From contig CAVRZA010000011.1 in the NCBI GenBank assembly GCA_963725665.1, positions 288,001 through 352,000 on the forward strand: a DNA stretch of 64,000 nt, written 5' to 3'. Shown in pieces: positions 24,004 through 34,700 of this stretch. The notes under the pieces were generated by a model that did not search any database, was not told the DNA's origin, and was given only the letters and a program-made list of their open reading frames with translations. The stretch's first letter is position 1, and every line of letters starts with the position of its first letter. Source of the stretch: an uncultured Actinomycetes bacterium. GTDB taxonomy: Bacteria; Actinomycetota; Thermoleophilia; UBA2241. Both the position numbers and the translations under genes were made by a program.

Positions 24004-25035
24004 GTGAGCCCCTCCCCCGACAACCCGGTGACCACCGAGCGCCGCCCGCGTGTCTTCTCGGGTATCCAGCCCAGCGGAGCGCTCCACCTGGGCAACCTGC
24101 TCGGGGCGATCCGCAACTTCGTCGCTATGCAGCAGACGCACGACTGCGTCTTCTGCGTTGTCGATCTGCACGCCATCACCGTGCGCCAGGAGCGCAAGGA
24201 GCTACGCCGGAGCACGCTCGAGGTGGCCAACACCTTCCTCGCCGCCGGCATCGACCCGCGGCGGTCGATCGTCATCGTGCAGTCACAGGTGCCGCAGCAC
24301 ACCGAGCTCGCCTGGATCCTCAACACAGTCGCCTACATGGGCGAGCTGCGGCGCATGACGCAGTTCAAGGACAAGACCGGCGGCGGGGAGAGCGAGAGCG
24401 TCGGCGTCGGGCTCTTCGACTACCCCGTCCTGATGGCGGCCGACATCCTCCTCTACCGGGCCGACGCCGTACCGGTGGGCGAGGACCAGAAGCAGCACGT
24501 CGAGCTCACGCGTGACCTGGCGGAGCGTTTCAACAACGCCTTCGGCAAGACGTTTGTCGTGCCGACTCCGATCATCCGCGAGGAGGGGGCCCGCGTGATG
24601 GCCCTCGACGACCCGACCAAGAAGATGAGCAAGAGCGCCGGCTCGGCCTACAACTACATCGCCCTCGACGACTCGCCCGACGACATCAGGCGCAAGATCA
24701 GGCGCGCCGTGACCGACTCAGGCACCGAGGTGCGCACGGGGCCCGACAAGCCGGCCCTCACCAACCTGTTGACCATCTACGCGCTGCTGGCCGGCGAGCC
24801 GGTGCCGGTCATCGCGGAGCGCTACGAAGGCAAGGGCTACGCCGACTTGAAGCAGGATCTGGCCGAGGTGGTGGTCGAGGTGCTGGCGCCGATCCAGGAA
24901 CGCATGCGCGCGCTCGAGGCCGATCCGAGCCAGACCCTCTCCGTGCTCAAGGACGGCGCCGAGCGCGCCGAAGCCATCGCCGAGCGGACGATGGCGAGGG
25001 TGCGCGAACGCGTCGGACTCTTGCCCAGGTTGTAG
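24004..25035 (+). CDS. trpS: Tryptophan--tRNA ligase
   Basis: SGIQPSGALHLGN, YPVLMAADIL, VPVGEDQKQHVEL.RD.A.RFN, KMSKS. Confidence 0.97.
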   Translation: MSPSPDNPVTTERRPRVFSGIQPSGALHLGNLLGAIRNFVAMQQTHDCVFCVVDLHAITVRQERKELRRSTLEVANTFLAAGIDPRRSIVIVQSQVPQHTELAWILNTVAYMGELRRMTQFKDKTGGGESESVGVGLFDYPVLMAADILLYRADAVPVGEDQKQHVELTRDLAERFNNAFGKTFVVPTPIIREEGARVMALDDPTKKMSKSAGSAYNYIALDDSPDDIRRKIRRAVTDSGTEVRTGPDKPALTNLLTIYALLAGEPVPVIAERYEGKGYADLKQDLAEVVVEVLAPIQERMRALEADPSQTLSVLKDGAERAEAIAERTMARVRERVGLLPRL

Positions 25036-25185
25036 GACCGCGTCCCTCGCCTGGCTCCCGTCTCTGCCGCAGGTCCCCTTCTGCCATGGGGATCGTTCGT
25101 CCGCTTCACAGAGGAACGTCGCTAGGGCAGGCCGATGCGCCTGCCCGCAGCTAACCGCTCTCGGCCCCGAGTCGACGCGAGCGCC

Positions 25186-25557
25186 TCACTCCTCCGGGTG
25201 CTCGACCCACTCGTTGTCGACCGCCGGCGCGCCGACGGCGAGCCAGACGAGCTCGTCGTGACCGGCGTTGACGATCTGGCGCTTCTCCGCGGGGTCGAGG
25301 CGCACCAGGGTTCCCGCTGAGACGGGGTGACGCTCGCCGTTGACGACGAGCTCGCCGGTGCCCTCGAGGATGTAGAAGAGCTCCTCCTGGCGGCGGTGGG
25401 AGTGGTACTCCATCCTGTCGCCGGGGCGGAAGCGGAAGACGTTGGCGCGCATCTGATCGAGCCCGAGGGCGGCTGAGAGATCGTAGTAGGCGTAGCTGCC
25501 CTCGTCCGCCGCCGGTTCCATGTCGCTGAGGTTCACCATCACCCAGGGCTTACCCAT
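25186..25557 (-). CDS. Cupin domain protein
   Basis: PGD...YHSH..QEELFYILEG.G cupin motif; GGAGG SD. Confidence 0.85.
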   Translation of the reverse strand: MGKPWVMVNLSDMEPAADEGSYAYYDLSAALGLDQMRANVFRFRPGDRMEYHSHRRQEELFYILEGTGELVVNGERHPVSAGTLVRLDPAEKRQIVNAGHDELVWLAVGAPAVDNEWVEHPEE

Positions 25558-25662
25558 GGTCACTCCTCCGGTCACTGTCGGCCGATGCCTCATATAGTAT
25601 TCCATCGCTCAACGCCCCAGACTGCCGGTAGAATCGTGCCGTACCAAGTGCCGGAGGAGAGC

Positions 25663-26301
25663 GTGATCTTTCGAGAGACCGTGGAGGAGTATCTGCGCGC
25701 CCTGCGGCCGCGAGTCGATCCCGTGCTCGAAGACATGGAGGCGTACGCGCGCGAGCATGGGGTGCCCATCGCCGGCCGCGAGACTGCGGCGCTCCTGGCG
25801 ATGCTGGCGCGAGCCAGCGGCGCGAGGCTGGTCCTCGAGGTCGGGGTGGCGATCGGCTACACGACGCTGCACCTCGCCCGGGCGCTGCCGGAGTTCGGCA
25901 AGGTCATCGCCCTCGAGGTCGACATGCACCTGGCGTCCGTGGCCAAGACCTACCTGGCCCGCGACCCCGCCGGGGCGCGCGTCGAGATCCTGCTCGGCGA
26001 TGCCCACGAGAGCATGCAGGCATTGAAGGAGACGTTCGATCTCGTCTTCATCGACGCCGACAAACACTCGTACGCGGCCTACGTCGACCTGGCGCTGCCC
26101 CGCCTCAAGCGCAGCGGTCTCGTCGTTCTCGACGACGTGCTCATGGACGGCCGTGTCGCCGATGGGGTGGGCGACGACCGCTGGAAGCAGGAGTCGGTCG
26201 ACGACATCCGCGCCCTCAACGAGCTCCTCGGCGCCGACGAGCGCTTCTCCTACTTGCTCCTGCCGGTCGGCGACGGCGTGGGCATCCTGCAGCGGCGCTA
26301 G
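25663..26301 (+). CDS. O-methyltransferase (COMT/CCoAOMT-like)
   Basis: VLEVGVAIGY, FDLVFIDADK, GLVVLDD, LPVGDG. Confidence 0.9.
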   Translation: MIFRETVEEYLRALRPRVDPVLEDMEAYAREHGVPIAGRETAALLAMLARASGARLVLEVGVAIGYTTLHLARALPEFGKVIALEVDMHLASVAKTYLARDPAGARVEILLGDAHESMQALKETFDLVFIDADKHSYAAYVDLALPRLKRSGLVVLDDVLMDGRVADGVGDDRWKQESVDDIRALNELLGADERFSYLLLPVGDGVGILQRR

Positions 26302-26357
26302 CGGGCGCGGGCGGCGGCGGCCCCCCGGCCGCCGCCGCCCGCGCCCGCTAGCGCCGC
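26292..26357. terminator. Perfect 31-bp inverted repeat with a 4-nt loop, overlapping the O-methyltransferase stop
   Basis: GCGGCGCTAGCGGGCGCGGGCGGCGGCGGCC-cccc-its exact reverse complement. Confidence 0.7.
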
Positions 26358-26619
26358 CCTGCCCTCAGGCGATCTGCGTCTCGAAGCGCCGAAGACCTTC
26401 AGGTCGCGCCTTCCGAGCTCGGCGATGAACGCGTCGCGCACCGCGCGCGGCAGGATATCCGGTGCGACGATGCCGAGCTCTGTGATGCGGCCTTGCACGG
26501 TGCTTCCGCAGCGGGCTTGGACGCCGCGGCGAAGGCATTTGCAGCCCGTCGACTCCCCGGGGATCCCGGTGCGTAGCGGGTAGACTACGAGAGCCCCGAC
26601 GCCGGTGAAGGAGGAGGCC

Positions 26620-26997
26620 GTGCACGAGCTGGGGATCACGCAGGGCGTCATCGACCGCGCGCGCGAGGCGGCGCACAAGGAGTCCGCCGCCCGGGTTCGT
26701 ACCCTCCACCTGGTCCTCACCCCTGCGGCCGACTTCAGCGCCGAGTCGATCGAGATGTACTTCGCCATGCTCACGGAGGGCGACCCGTTGTTCGAGGGGG
26801 CGGCTCTCGAGTTCGGTGTGGCCCCCGCCGGTGCCCTCTGCTTGGCCTGCGGTGACGAGTTCATGACGGAGGCGCCGCGGCCTCTGTGCTCGCAGTGCGG
26901 CTCGCCGCAGGTGCGCTTCGACCCGAAGGCGCCCATGGTCCAGCTCACGGCGATCGACGTCGACGACGCAGACGAGGCGGGCAGCGCCCAAGGGTAG
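26620..26997 (+). CDS. hypA: Nickel metallochaperone HypA/HybF family
   Basis: N-terminal MHE, two CxxC motifs (CLAC, CSQC); GGAGGAGG SD. Confidence 0.85.
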   Translation: MHELGITQGVIDRAREAAHKESAARVRTLHLVLTPAADFSAESIEMYFAMLTEGDPLFEGAALEFGVAPAGALCLACGDEFMTEAPRPLCSQCGSPQVRFDPKAPMVQLTAIDVDDADEAGSAQG

Positions 26998-27111
26998 CCG
27001 GCGACGAGCCCGGCGGCGGCGCGCCTGCTGGCGCGGCCTGCCGGCGTCCGGTGCGGCCGAGACGGCCGGCACGCGGCGACGGCCGAACGCCGTTCTGGCC
27101 GAACGCCGTGC

Positions 27112-27657
27112 CTACTGTTGCAGGCGCCGGGAGCGCACCCGGCGGCGCCCGCGCCGCACAGAGCCTGCGTCCTTGGGCACCACGCTGATCGTCCCGTCGA
27201 CTTCGAGCACAGCCAGCTCGATCTCATCGATCTTGTCGAACCCGTGTTCGCGCAGCGCCATTTGCGCTTCGTCCTGGTCGATGCCCTCTCGTTCCATGAC
27301 ACGGGGGAACCACTGACCGTCCTTGGCGATCACGGTCGGGTGTCCCTCGAGAAACTCACGCGCGCGCCGGTTGTGCAGTCGCAGCCACGACAGGGCTATG
27401 TTCACGAGGAACAACGCGGCGACGATGACCAGTCCGCCGACCAGGGAGGTGTCCGGGCCGGTCATGGCCGGCTGCACGGCGTTGGCCGCGAGCAGGATGA
27501 GCACTAAGTCCGAGAGCGTGAACTGCCCGATCTCGCGCTTGCCGAACAGGCGCAGCGCGAGGATGAAGACGAGGTAGATGACGATCGTGCGCAGCACGAT
27601 CTGCCACCACGGCACGCCGAAGCTGAACGGGCTGAGCGCTATCGGGGGTGGCGTCAT
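27112..27657 (-). CDS. DUF421/YetF family membrane protein
   Basis: LRLFGKREIGQFT..D, LEG.P.VI..DG, LRE.G, AVLE.DG.ISV. Confidence 0.9.
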   Translation of the reverse strand: MTPPPIALSPFSFGVPWWQIVLRTIVIYLVFILALRLFGKREIGQFTLSDLVLILLAANAVQPAMTGPDTSLVGGLVIVAALFLVNIALSWLRLHNRRAREFLEGHPTVIAKDGQWFPRVMEREGIDQDEAQMALREHGFDKIDEIELAVLEVDGTISVVPKDAGSVRRGRRRVRSRRLQQ

Positions 27658-27773
27658 GGCCGAATGCTACCACCGGCGCACTCCGCAACTCTGGCAGGCG
27701 AGTGAGGATCGCGACCGGTCAGAGGGGCGAATGCGCCGGCCGGGCTCGCGGAGCTGTGTCACCGAGGGCGAGG

Positions 27774-27849
27774 TGGTGGAGCATAGCGGATTCGAACCGC
27801 TGACCTCCTGGGTGCGATCCAGGCGCTCTCCCAGCTGAGCTAATGCCCC
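27774..27849 (-). tRNA. tRNA-Ala (anticodon CGC)
   Basis: GGGGCATTAGCTCAGCTGGGAGAGCGCCTGGATCGCACCCAGGAGGTCAGCGGTTCGAATCCGCTATGCTCCACCA; G3:U70 pair and encoded CCA. Confidence 0.97.
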
Positions 27850-27953
27850 GATGACCGAGAAGTCCCCGCGGGGGGCTTCTCTTTATACCCGCTCAGGCAG
27901 CCCCCGGCAAGGTCAGGCGGCCGTCCTCGCGCTCTCGTTGGCGCGAGATCAGG

Positions 27954-29039
27954 TCACTGGGGGACCGGCGGTGGAGGCGGCGCCTGAGGCGGCGCGGGCG
28001 GTGAGGTCGGCCCAGCGGGAGGTGGCTCGGGCGCCGCCTCGCCGGGCTGTTCGCCGGGTGGCTTGGGCAGGGCCTCACCGGGCTCGCCGCCGGGCGCTGC
28101 CGGGGGCACCTGGCCCTCCGCGGGCGGCGCCTCCGGCAGCTCGGTCGTGCGTTCCTCGGCGGTGGCCTGGGAGTTGAAGCGGTCGTCGACCCACTGGTCG
28201 CCAGAGGCCGGCGCGGGCGGGAGCGGCGCGACCGGCGTTGCGGGCGGGAGCGGCGGTGGAGGCGGCGCGAGCGGAGCGCCCGCCGCCGGCCCCGCCGCTC
28301 CCGACTCGATCGTGTCGAGACTGAAGGGCGGATAGCGGTCGGTCAGGCCGTTGGAGTAGGCGCCGATCCGCGCCGCCCAGCCCATCCACTGCGCCACGAA
28401 CTTGTGCATGCCCTCGGGGAACCGGGCGACGAAGAGGATGACCCATTGGACGATGAACCAGATGATGCCCACCGCTATGCCGAGGATGGCCACGATGATC
28501 AGATGCGGGATGAGGAGGATCAGCCGGAAGATGGCCAGGGGGTTCTCGGCACCGGTACCGGACCAGCCGCCCGGATTCCGCCACGAAGTGCCGCTCGATG
28601 TCCCGTGATGGATGACGTAGCGGATGGAGAAGACGAAGACGACGATGCCGAGCACCACGAACACCAGGCTGAGAGCGGCGAGGACCTTGCTGCTGCTCTT
28701 CGGGTACTCGACCTCGACGTCGACAGGATAGTCGGGGTCGCTCTCCAGGCTGAACGGCGGGTAGCGGTCGGTCACGCTGAGGAAGAAGGCCTCGACTCGC
28801 GCGTACCAACGGATGTAGCCGGTCAGGAAGGCGAAGAGCCCCGGTGGAAACACGCCGCGCGACACCACGGCTATCTGCGCGATGACGAAAACGACGGCGG
28901 CGGCGATGCCCAGCGCGATGAGCACGATGCCGTGCGGGATGAGCGCGAGGAGCTTGATCAGAAGGATCGTGAGCACCGCCCAGCCGCGCGAGCTCCTCTC
29001 CGGGTACTCGATGCGCACCTTCACGGGGTAGTCGTCCAC
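27954..29039 (-). CDS. DUF4389 domain membrane protein (two repeats, Pro-rich tail)
   Basis: Twice-repeated IPH...G.FP.G.F.F...RW..RV..Y...TDRYPPFSL. Confidence 0.85.
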   Translation of the reverse strand: MDDYPVKVRIEYPERSSRGWAVLTILLIKLLALIPHGIVLIALGIAAAVVFVIAQIAVVSRGVFPPGLFAFLTGYIRWYARVEAFFLSVTDRYPPFSLESDPDYPVDVEVEYPKSSSKVLAALSLVFVVLGIVVFVFSIRYVIHHGTSSGTSWRNPGGWSGTGAENPLAIFRLILLIPHLIIVAILGIAVGIIWFIVQWVILFVARFPEGMHKFVAQWMGWAARIGAYSNGLTDRYPPFSLDTIESGAAGPAAGAPLAPPPPPLPPATPVAPLPPAPASGDQWVDDRFNSQATAEERTTELPEAPPAEGQVPPAAPGGEPGEALPKPPGEQPGEAAPEPPPAGPTSPPAPPQAPPPPPVPQ

Positions 29040-29201
29040 GACCCTATCCTCCTCACGCGTTTCTCTGTCCCCTCGGCCTTGCCCGTACGGCGTCTGTTTC
29101 GACGCCGGGGCTCGCGGCCCTCGCAGCGGCGAGCCCGATTCCTCTCCAAGGCCTCGCGCGAGAGCCAGCGCCTCGCGGCCTATTCCCCGCCGTACACGGG
29201 C

Positions 29202-29912
29202 CTAACCGCGCAGATCAGTGTCCTCGGTGGTGAAGGGTGGGTAGGCGTCGGCGAGGCCGTAGAGCCACGCCCAGGTGCGCGCCATCCAGCGCAACCAGCC
29301 GGCCAAGAAGGCATGCAGGCCGAGGGGAAGGTACCCGCCGATCAGGATCAGCACCTGGCCGACCGCGAGCACGACGAGCGCAGCCAGGAGAAAGAAAGTG
29401 AGTACGACGTAGTGGGGCAGAAGCACGAAGAGGCGGACGTTCGAGAGCCAGTCGAGGGGCTGGAAGAGCGGTGTGCCGTAGCCGCCCCAGCCCAGGGGAA
29501 GCACCACGGCGAGCCAGAAGATGAGCGCGGCGACGGTGAAGCTCGCCAGCCACGGGTTGCTTCTCTGCGGGTAGACGACCTCCAGGTCGACCGGGTAGTT
29601 GGCAGCGGGCGCGAGGCTGAAGGGCGGGTAGAGGTCCGTGAGGCTGAACGCGAAGGCGTAGACGCGCGTCTGCCAGCGCAAGACGCCGGCCACGAAGTCG
29701 AAGAGCGGCCGCGGGTAGGTGCCCCGCGCGACGACGACTACCTGGGCGATGACGAAGGCGACGAGCACGGCCAGTCCCAGGAAGAACAAAGCCAGCGCGT
29801 GTGGGAGCAAGACGACGAACTTCACCAGGGTGATGGTGAGGACGGCCCAGATGCGCGAGCTGCGCGGGCTGTAGTCGATACGGACCCTTACGGGGTAATG
29901 CAGGCGAGCCAC
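29202..29912 (-). CDS. DUF4389 domain membrane protein (paralog)
   Basis: Same repeated LPH...YP..LF.F..G.LRW..R....D.YPPF motif. Confidence 0.85.
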   Translation of the reverse strand: MARLHYPVRVRIDYSPRSSRIWAVLTITLVKFVVLLPHALALFFLGLAVLVAFVIAQVVVVARGTYPRPLFDFVAGVLRWQTRVYAFAFSLTDLYPPFSLAPAANYPVDLEVVYPQRSNPWLASFTVAALIFWLAVVLPLGWGGYGTPLFQPLDWLSNVRLFVLLPHYVVLTFFLLAALVVLAVGQVLILIGGYLPLGLHAFLAGWLRWMARTWAWLYGLADAYPPFTTEDTDLRG

Positions 29913-30005
29913 TCAGCGCTCCTCTGACGACGATGCCCGCCTCACTTCGTCGCCGTCGCGCCCGAACCCTTGTGGGCGACCGCTCGCGCGGCGCCGGGAA
30001 GGTAT

Positions 30006-30179
30006 TCAGGCGATGAGGAACGAGCAGAGGTAGTCGCCGAGCTCGCGGTCGCTCACACCGATCTCGAGCGTCCCGAGAAGGCGGCACAGGGCTTCGTCGT
30101 CGCCGACGATCAACGCGCCAGCATCATGGTACTGCTCCGCGAACCGCTCGACGATCTGGTTCCGCTGCTTGCGGGTCAT
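30006..30179 (-). CDS. Small hypothetical protein (57 aa)
   Basis: MTRKQRNQIVERFAEQYHDAGALIVGDDEALCRLLGTLEIGVSDRELGDYLCSFLIA; strong AGGAGGAGG SD and GC-ending codons. Confidence 0.6.
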   Translation of the reverse strand: MTRKQRNQIVERFAEQYHDAGALIVGDDEALCRLLGTLEIGVSDRELGDYLCSFLIA

Positions 30180-30349
30180 GGCCCTCCTCCTGATACCCCG
30201 TCTCCACTTCGAGTCATCGAAGGATGGGGCTGGGAAGGCGATAGAACGGCTGTCTAGAGACGGCTCTGTGGCCGCACAACGAGCGCTTCGAGCCGCGGCA
30301 AGACGATCGCTGCGCGCGCCGTCGCGCCGGGGACTTCGAGAGGTAGCGT

Positions 30350-31450
30350 CTAGGACCGGCCGCCCGTCGCCGGCCGCTGCAGGGCGATCCCGGCGATCAC
30401 CTCGAGCACGGCGCGGGCTGCGAGCTGGCTCAGGTGACCCTGCAGGTCGTAGCGCGGCGCAAGACAGCAGAGGTCGAAGCCGGCGACGTGGGCGCGCGAG
30501 AGCACGCGCAAGGCGCGCAGCAGCTCGCGCGCCGACAGCCCCGCGGGCTCGGGGTACTTCTGTCCGCCGTGGGCCGTGTCGACGACGTCGATGTCGAGCG
30601 AGATGTACAGGGCCTCGGTGCCTCGCGTAGCCGTCTCCAGCGCTTCCTGCGCCACGGTAGCCACGCCGAGCTCGTCTACGTCGCTCATCGTGTAGTAGTG
30701 GTAGCCGAGCTCGTCGGCCACGGCCCTGTCGGCAAGCGACTCGCGCAGCCCACGGATGCCGATCTGCACGAAGTTCTCCGGCTCGACTATGCCGAGCTCG
30801 AAGGCTCGCGCCCACTGCGAGCCGGCCCAGTACTTGGGCTCGAAGCTCATGTCGAAGTGCGAGTCGAGGGCGACGATGCCGAGCCTGCCGTTGAGCTTGC
30901 CCGCCAGCACCTGCAGCACGGGGACGGGGATGGAATGGTCGCCGCCGAGGACGAGGGGCACGGCGCCGGCGGCGACGACGTCGGCCAGCTTTGCGTGCGC
31001 GCGCAGGAACGTCTCCTCGACGTCGCCGGGCACGACGTCGACGTCGCCGTAGTCGACCACGCGCACGCGGTCGAGGATCACCAGGTCGCGGTCGGCCTCG
31101 GGCATGAGGCCTCGTCCGTGACGCAGCGACGCGAGCACGGAGTAGCGGCGGATCGCCTCCGGGCCCTGGTCGGCGCCGCTGCGGTAGTAGACGGAATCGT
31201 CGGGCGCCGGGGCGGCAAGCGGCGGCGCGTACGTGAGTGGGTCGAGCAGCTTGACGCCCTCGTAGGGGATGCCGAGCACGGCGACATCGGCGCGTTCGAG
31301 ATCGGCGGGGCCGGTGGCCCTCGGCGCTTCGGCGAACGTGGGGACGTCGCCGTGCAAGATGGGAGCCATGCTCCGCTCGACGCGTGCCTTCTGACGCCGC
31401 GCGCGCTGCGCGGCCCGTTCCCAGGCCGCCCTGACGTCGTTCACATCCAC
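30350..31450 (-). CDS. Ureohydrolase (agmatinase/arginase family)
   Basis: GP.AIR, DYGDV, GGDHS, DSHFD, QIGIRG, SLDIDVVD, P.PAGL. Confidence 0.88.
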   Translation of the reverse strand: MDVNDVRAAWERAAQRARRQKARVERSMAPILHGDVPTFAEAPRATGPADLERADVAVLGIPYEGVKLLDPLTYAPPLAAPAPDDSVYYRSGADQGPEAIRRYSVLASLRHGRGLMPEADRDLVILDRVRVVDYGDVDVVPGDVEETFLRAHAKLADVVAAGAVPLVLGGDHSIPVPVLQVLAGKLNGRLGIVALDSHFDMSFEPKYWAGSQWARAFELGIVEPENFVQIGIRGLRESLADRAVADELGYHYYTMSDVDELGVATVAQEALETATRGTEALYISLDIDVVDTAHGGQKYPEPAGLSARELLRALRVLSRAHVAGFDLCCLAPRYDLQGHLSQLAARAVLEVIAGIALQRPATGGRS

Positions 31451-31714
31451 GAACGCTCCTTCCTCAGTCTGGGCAGCCAGGACCGTCGCCCCACGGCCGC
31501 CGCCTTCCCACTCGTGAGCCATGGTCTGCGTCGCGCCGGGCCCGCGGTGTGCGCTCGAGGATGTGGGCAGCGACGACGGTCACGCGCAGGCGAGCCTTTG
31601 GGAGAGTGCGTGGTCGTGGCGATTATCCTTCTTTTTCGCGAGGCCAGCCACGCGGCGCATGACGCACCTTACCACCGTGGAGAGCTGCTGCAGCCTGGAG
31701 CGTCGGGCGCGAAC

Positions 31715-34700
31715 CTACTCCGCATTGCCGAGGAGCGCCTCGAGCGCCGCGACGACCTCCGGATCGAACTGCGTGCCGGCGCAGCGGCGCAGCTCCTCGA
31801 GCGCCTGGTGTTCTGAGAGCGGCGGCCGGAAGGGGCGTTCGACAAGCATGGCGTTGTACGCGCAGGCGACGGCCACGACGCGGGCGGCGAGCGGTATCTG
31901 CTCGGCGGCAAGACCCGCCGGGTACCCCGTGCCATCGAAGTGCTCGTGATGCGAGGCGATGGCGTTCGCCACCTCGTTCGAACCACCGAGCTGTCGCAGC
32001 AGGCGCTGTCCGGTCAGGGGATGTTCCCGGATCAGCGCCCACTCGTCTCCGGAGAGGGCCCCGCGTTTGTTGAGGATGTGTTCCGGCACGCTGATCTCGC
32101 CGATGTCGCAGAGGCGAGCGGCCTCGACGACAACGGTCGTCTCAGTCTCGGGTAGACCGAGGCCTGTGGCCATCCCGCCGGCCAGGCGCGCCACGGCCTC
32201 ACCGCGCTTGGCCGCATACGCGTCCCTGGCCTCGACGACCTCGGCGATGAGAGACAGATACCCGTGCCCCTGAGTGTGGATGACGCGCTCGGAAGCAGTG
32301 GCCACCTCTTCGAGGGAGAAGGCCACGACCCTGTTGCGTCCGTGGCGCTTGGCTCTATACATGGACCAGTCGGCCTTGTCGAGGAGCTCCTCCTTGCCGT
32401 CGGCGTCGTCGGGGAACGTCGCCGCGCCGATGCTTATGGTGAGGCCGCCCCGTCCGTTCTCGAAGGTCGCATCGGCCACGCCGGCACGGATCCGCTCGGC
32501 GACCTCCGATGCCTCCGCCGCGCCGGTCTCTATGAGGACGACGCAGAACTCCTCGCCGCCGTAACGGGCCACCAGGTCGACGCGCCGGATGGAGTCCTCG
32601 ATGATGCGCGCCACCGCCCGCAGGGCGCGGTCGCCGGTGCTGTGCCCCAGGAGGTCGTTGTAGTCCTTGAAGTGGTCGAGGTCGCAGAAGAGGAGTGTGA
32701 GCTGCGTGCCCTCGCTGCGAGCGCGATCGATCTCCTCGCTCAGGCGGTCGTGGAGGTAGCGGTGGTTGTAGAGGCCGGTTAGGCCGTCGGTGATGGCGTC
32801 GATCTCGGCGCGGCTCAGCCGCGAGGCCGCGGTCTCGAGCATCGTGGCCTGCGGCTGCCTCATCTTGCTCGTGAGGCCGACTATGTCGAGAGCGGGGATG
32901 TCGACCTCGACCGCCCCGACGATGCGGCCGGCCTCGTCGCGCAGCGGCGCGAGGCCGGCCGCCCAGACACCGTACCCGTCGGCGAAGATGAGGTTCATGT
33001 CGCCCCTCTCGCCGGCGAGCACCAGGGGCAGTTCCTCGTCGGCCTTGACCTCCTCGCCGAGGTGCGAGTGTTCGGGAGACTCCGGCTCCTCGGCGTCGAC
33101 GACGATCATGTGCTTGCCGTCGCGCTCGACCTGGGTCGTCACGTAGCGCACGGGGGGGTTGGCGTCGCGCAGCTCACGCAGCATGCTTGCCATCTTGAGG
33201 TACTCGGGGCGACGCTCGTCGTCTGGCTCACGCAGGAGCGTGTGCTCGGCCGGGTCGATCCTCGCCGCACCCTCCGTGGCGATGCCCGTCGCCCACGCGT
33301 GGCGTTCCGTGAGCCTGGCGAGCACGCGCTCGAACGCCTCGACCATGGCCGGGTCGAACTGGCTGCCCGCGCAGCGGCGCAGCTCCAGCAGGCACTCCGC
33401 GTACGAACGCGCCGCCTTGTAGGGGCGTTGCAGCGACATGGCGTCGTAGGAGTCGACGATGCACATCGCGCGGGCAAGAGGCGGGATCTCTTCGCCGGCG
33501 ATGCCGTCGGGGTAGCCGCCGCCCTCGTAACGTTCGTGATGGTGGCGCACGCCGAGGACTAGCTGCTCGTCGAAGAGAGGACGGATGATATCGGCGCTGA
33601 TGACGGGGTGCTCGCGCATGAGTCCCCACTCCTCCGGGTTCAGCGGTCCCTGCTTCAACAGCACGCGGTCGGAGACGCCGATCTTGCCGATGTCGTGCAG
33701 GTAGGCCGCCTCCTCCACCTCCTCCAGCAGCTCGATCGGCCAGCCCAGCTCGTGGCCGAGCATCACAGCATAGGCGGCGACACGCGCGGCGTGGCCCAGC
33801 GTGTAGTAGTCCTTGGCGGTGAGGGCGGTGCTCAGCCCCTTGAGGTTGCTCAGGTGCAGGCGCTTTATCTCGTCGTAGAGCCGGGCGTTGCGGACGGCGA
33901 GGGAGAGCTGCACTCCGACGCGCTCGAGGAGCTGCAGGTCGGCGGTGCCGAAGGCGTGGGTCGCGGCGGACAGCAGAGCCAGTGCGCCGGCCGGTGTGCC
34001 GTCGCCGTCAAAGACACCCACGACGATGGCCGACGAGGCGTCGCCGAGCAGCGAGCCTGCCTGGGGGATCGGGTCTTCGCGAGGGAGGTCGAGGGCGACG
34101 ACGGGCGCTGCGGTGAGGCGGGCGATGAATGCCGGATCGACGTCGAGGTCGGCTGCCCATTCGATCTCGGAGAGGGGCCGCGGCCAGGTGAAGACGGCGC
34201 GCAGCGCACCGTCTTCGCGCAGCACGAACCCAGCCTTGTCAAAGGAGTACAGCGGAGCGAGCTGCTCCACTACCGCGCGTGCTATGTCGGGCAGCTCGAG
34301 GCTGGCGGTCGTGCTGCTCGCGATCGCGTTCAACAGCGCGTTCTCGCGCGTGCGGAGCTGGGCGCTCTCGAACAAGTCGGCGTTGTGGATGGCGAGGGCG
34401 GCCACGCGGCAGATCGACTGGACGAGCTCGATCTCGGCCTCGCTGAACTCCCGTTCTACGCGCCGGTCGAGCAGTTCCACCGCGCCGATCACGACGTCAT
34501 TGACGATCAAGGGAACGACGAGGAATACCTGCTGGCCGTACTCCCGCAGCGCCGCCGCGGCACGAGGACTCACGCGGGGGTCGCCGCGGCGCAGCACGGC
34601 GGGGCGTCGCGATTCCGCGACGATCTGCATCGGCGACCAGTCGGCTAGTGAGAGCGCCTTTGCCCGCCGCAGCCACGGCTCGTCGAGGGCGCCGTCGACC

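Noticed and set aside
27720-27960. Possible integration site at tRNA-Ala
   Set aside because: No integrase and no duplicated tRNA 3' end noticed.
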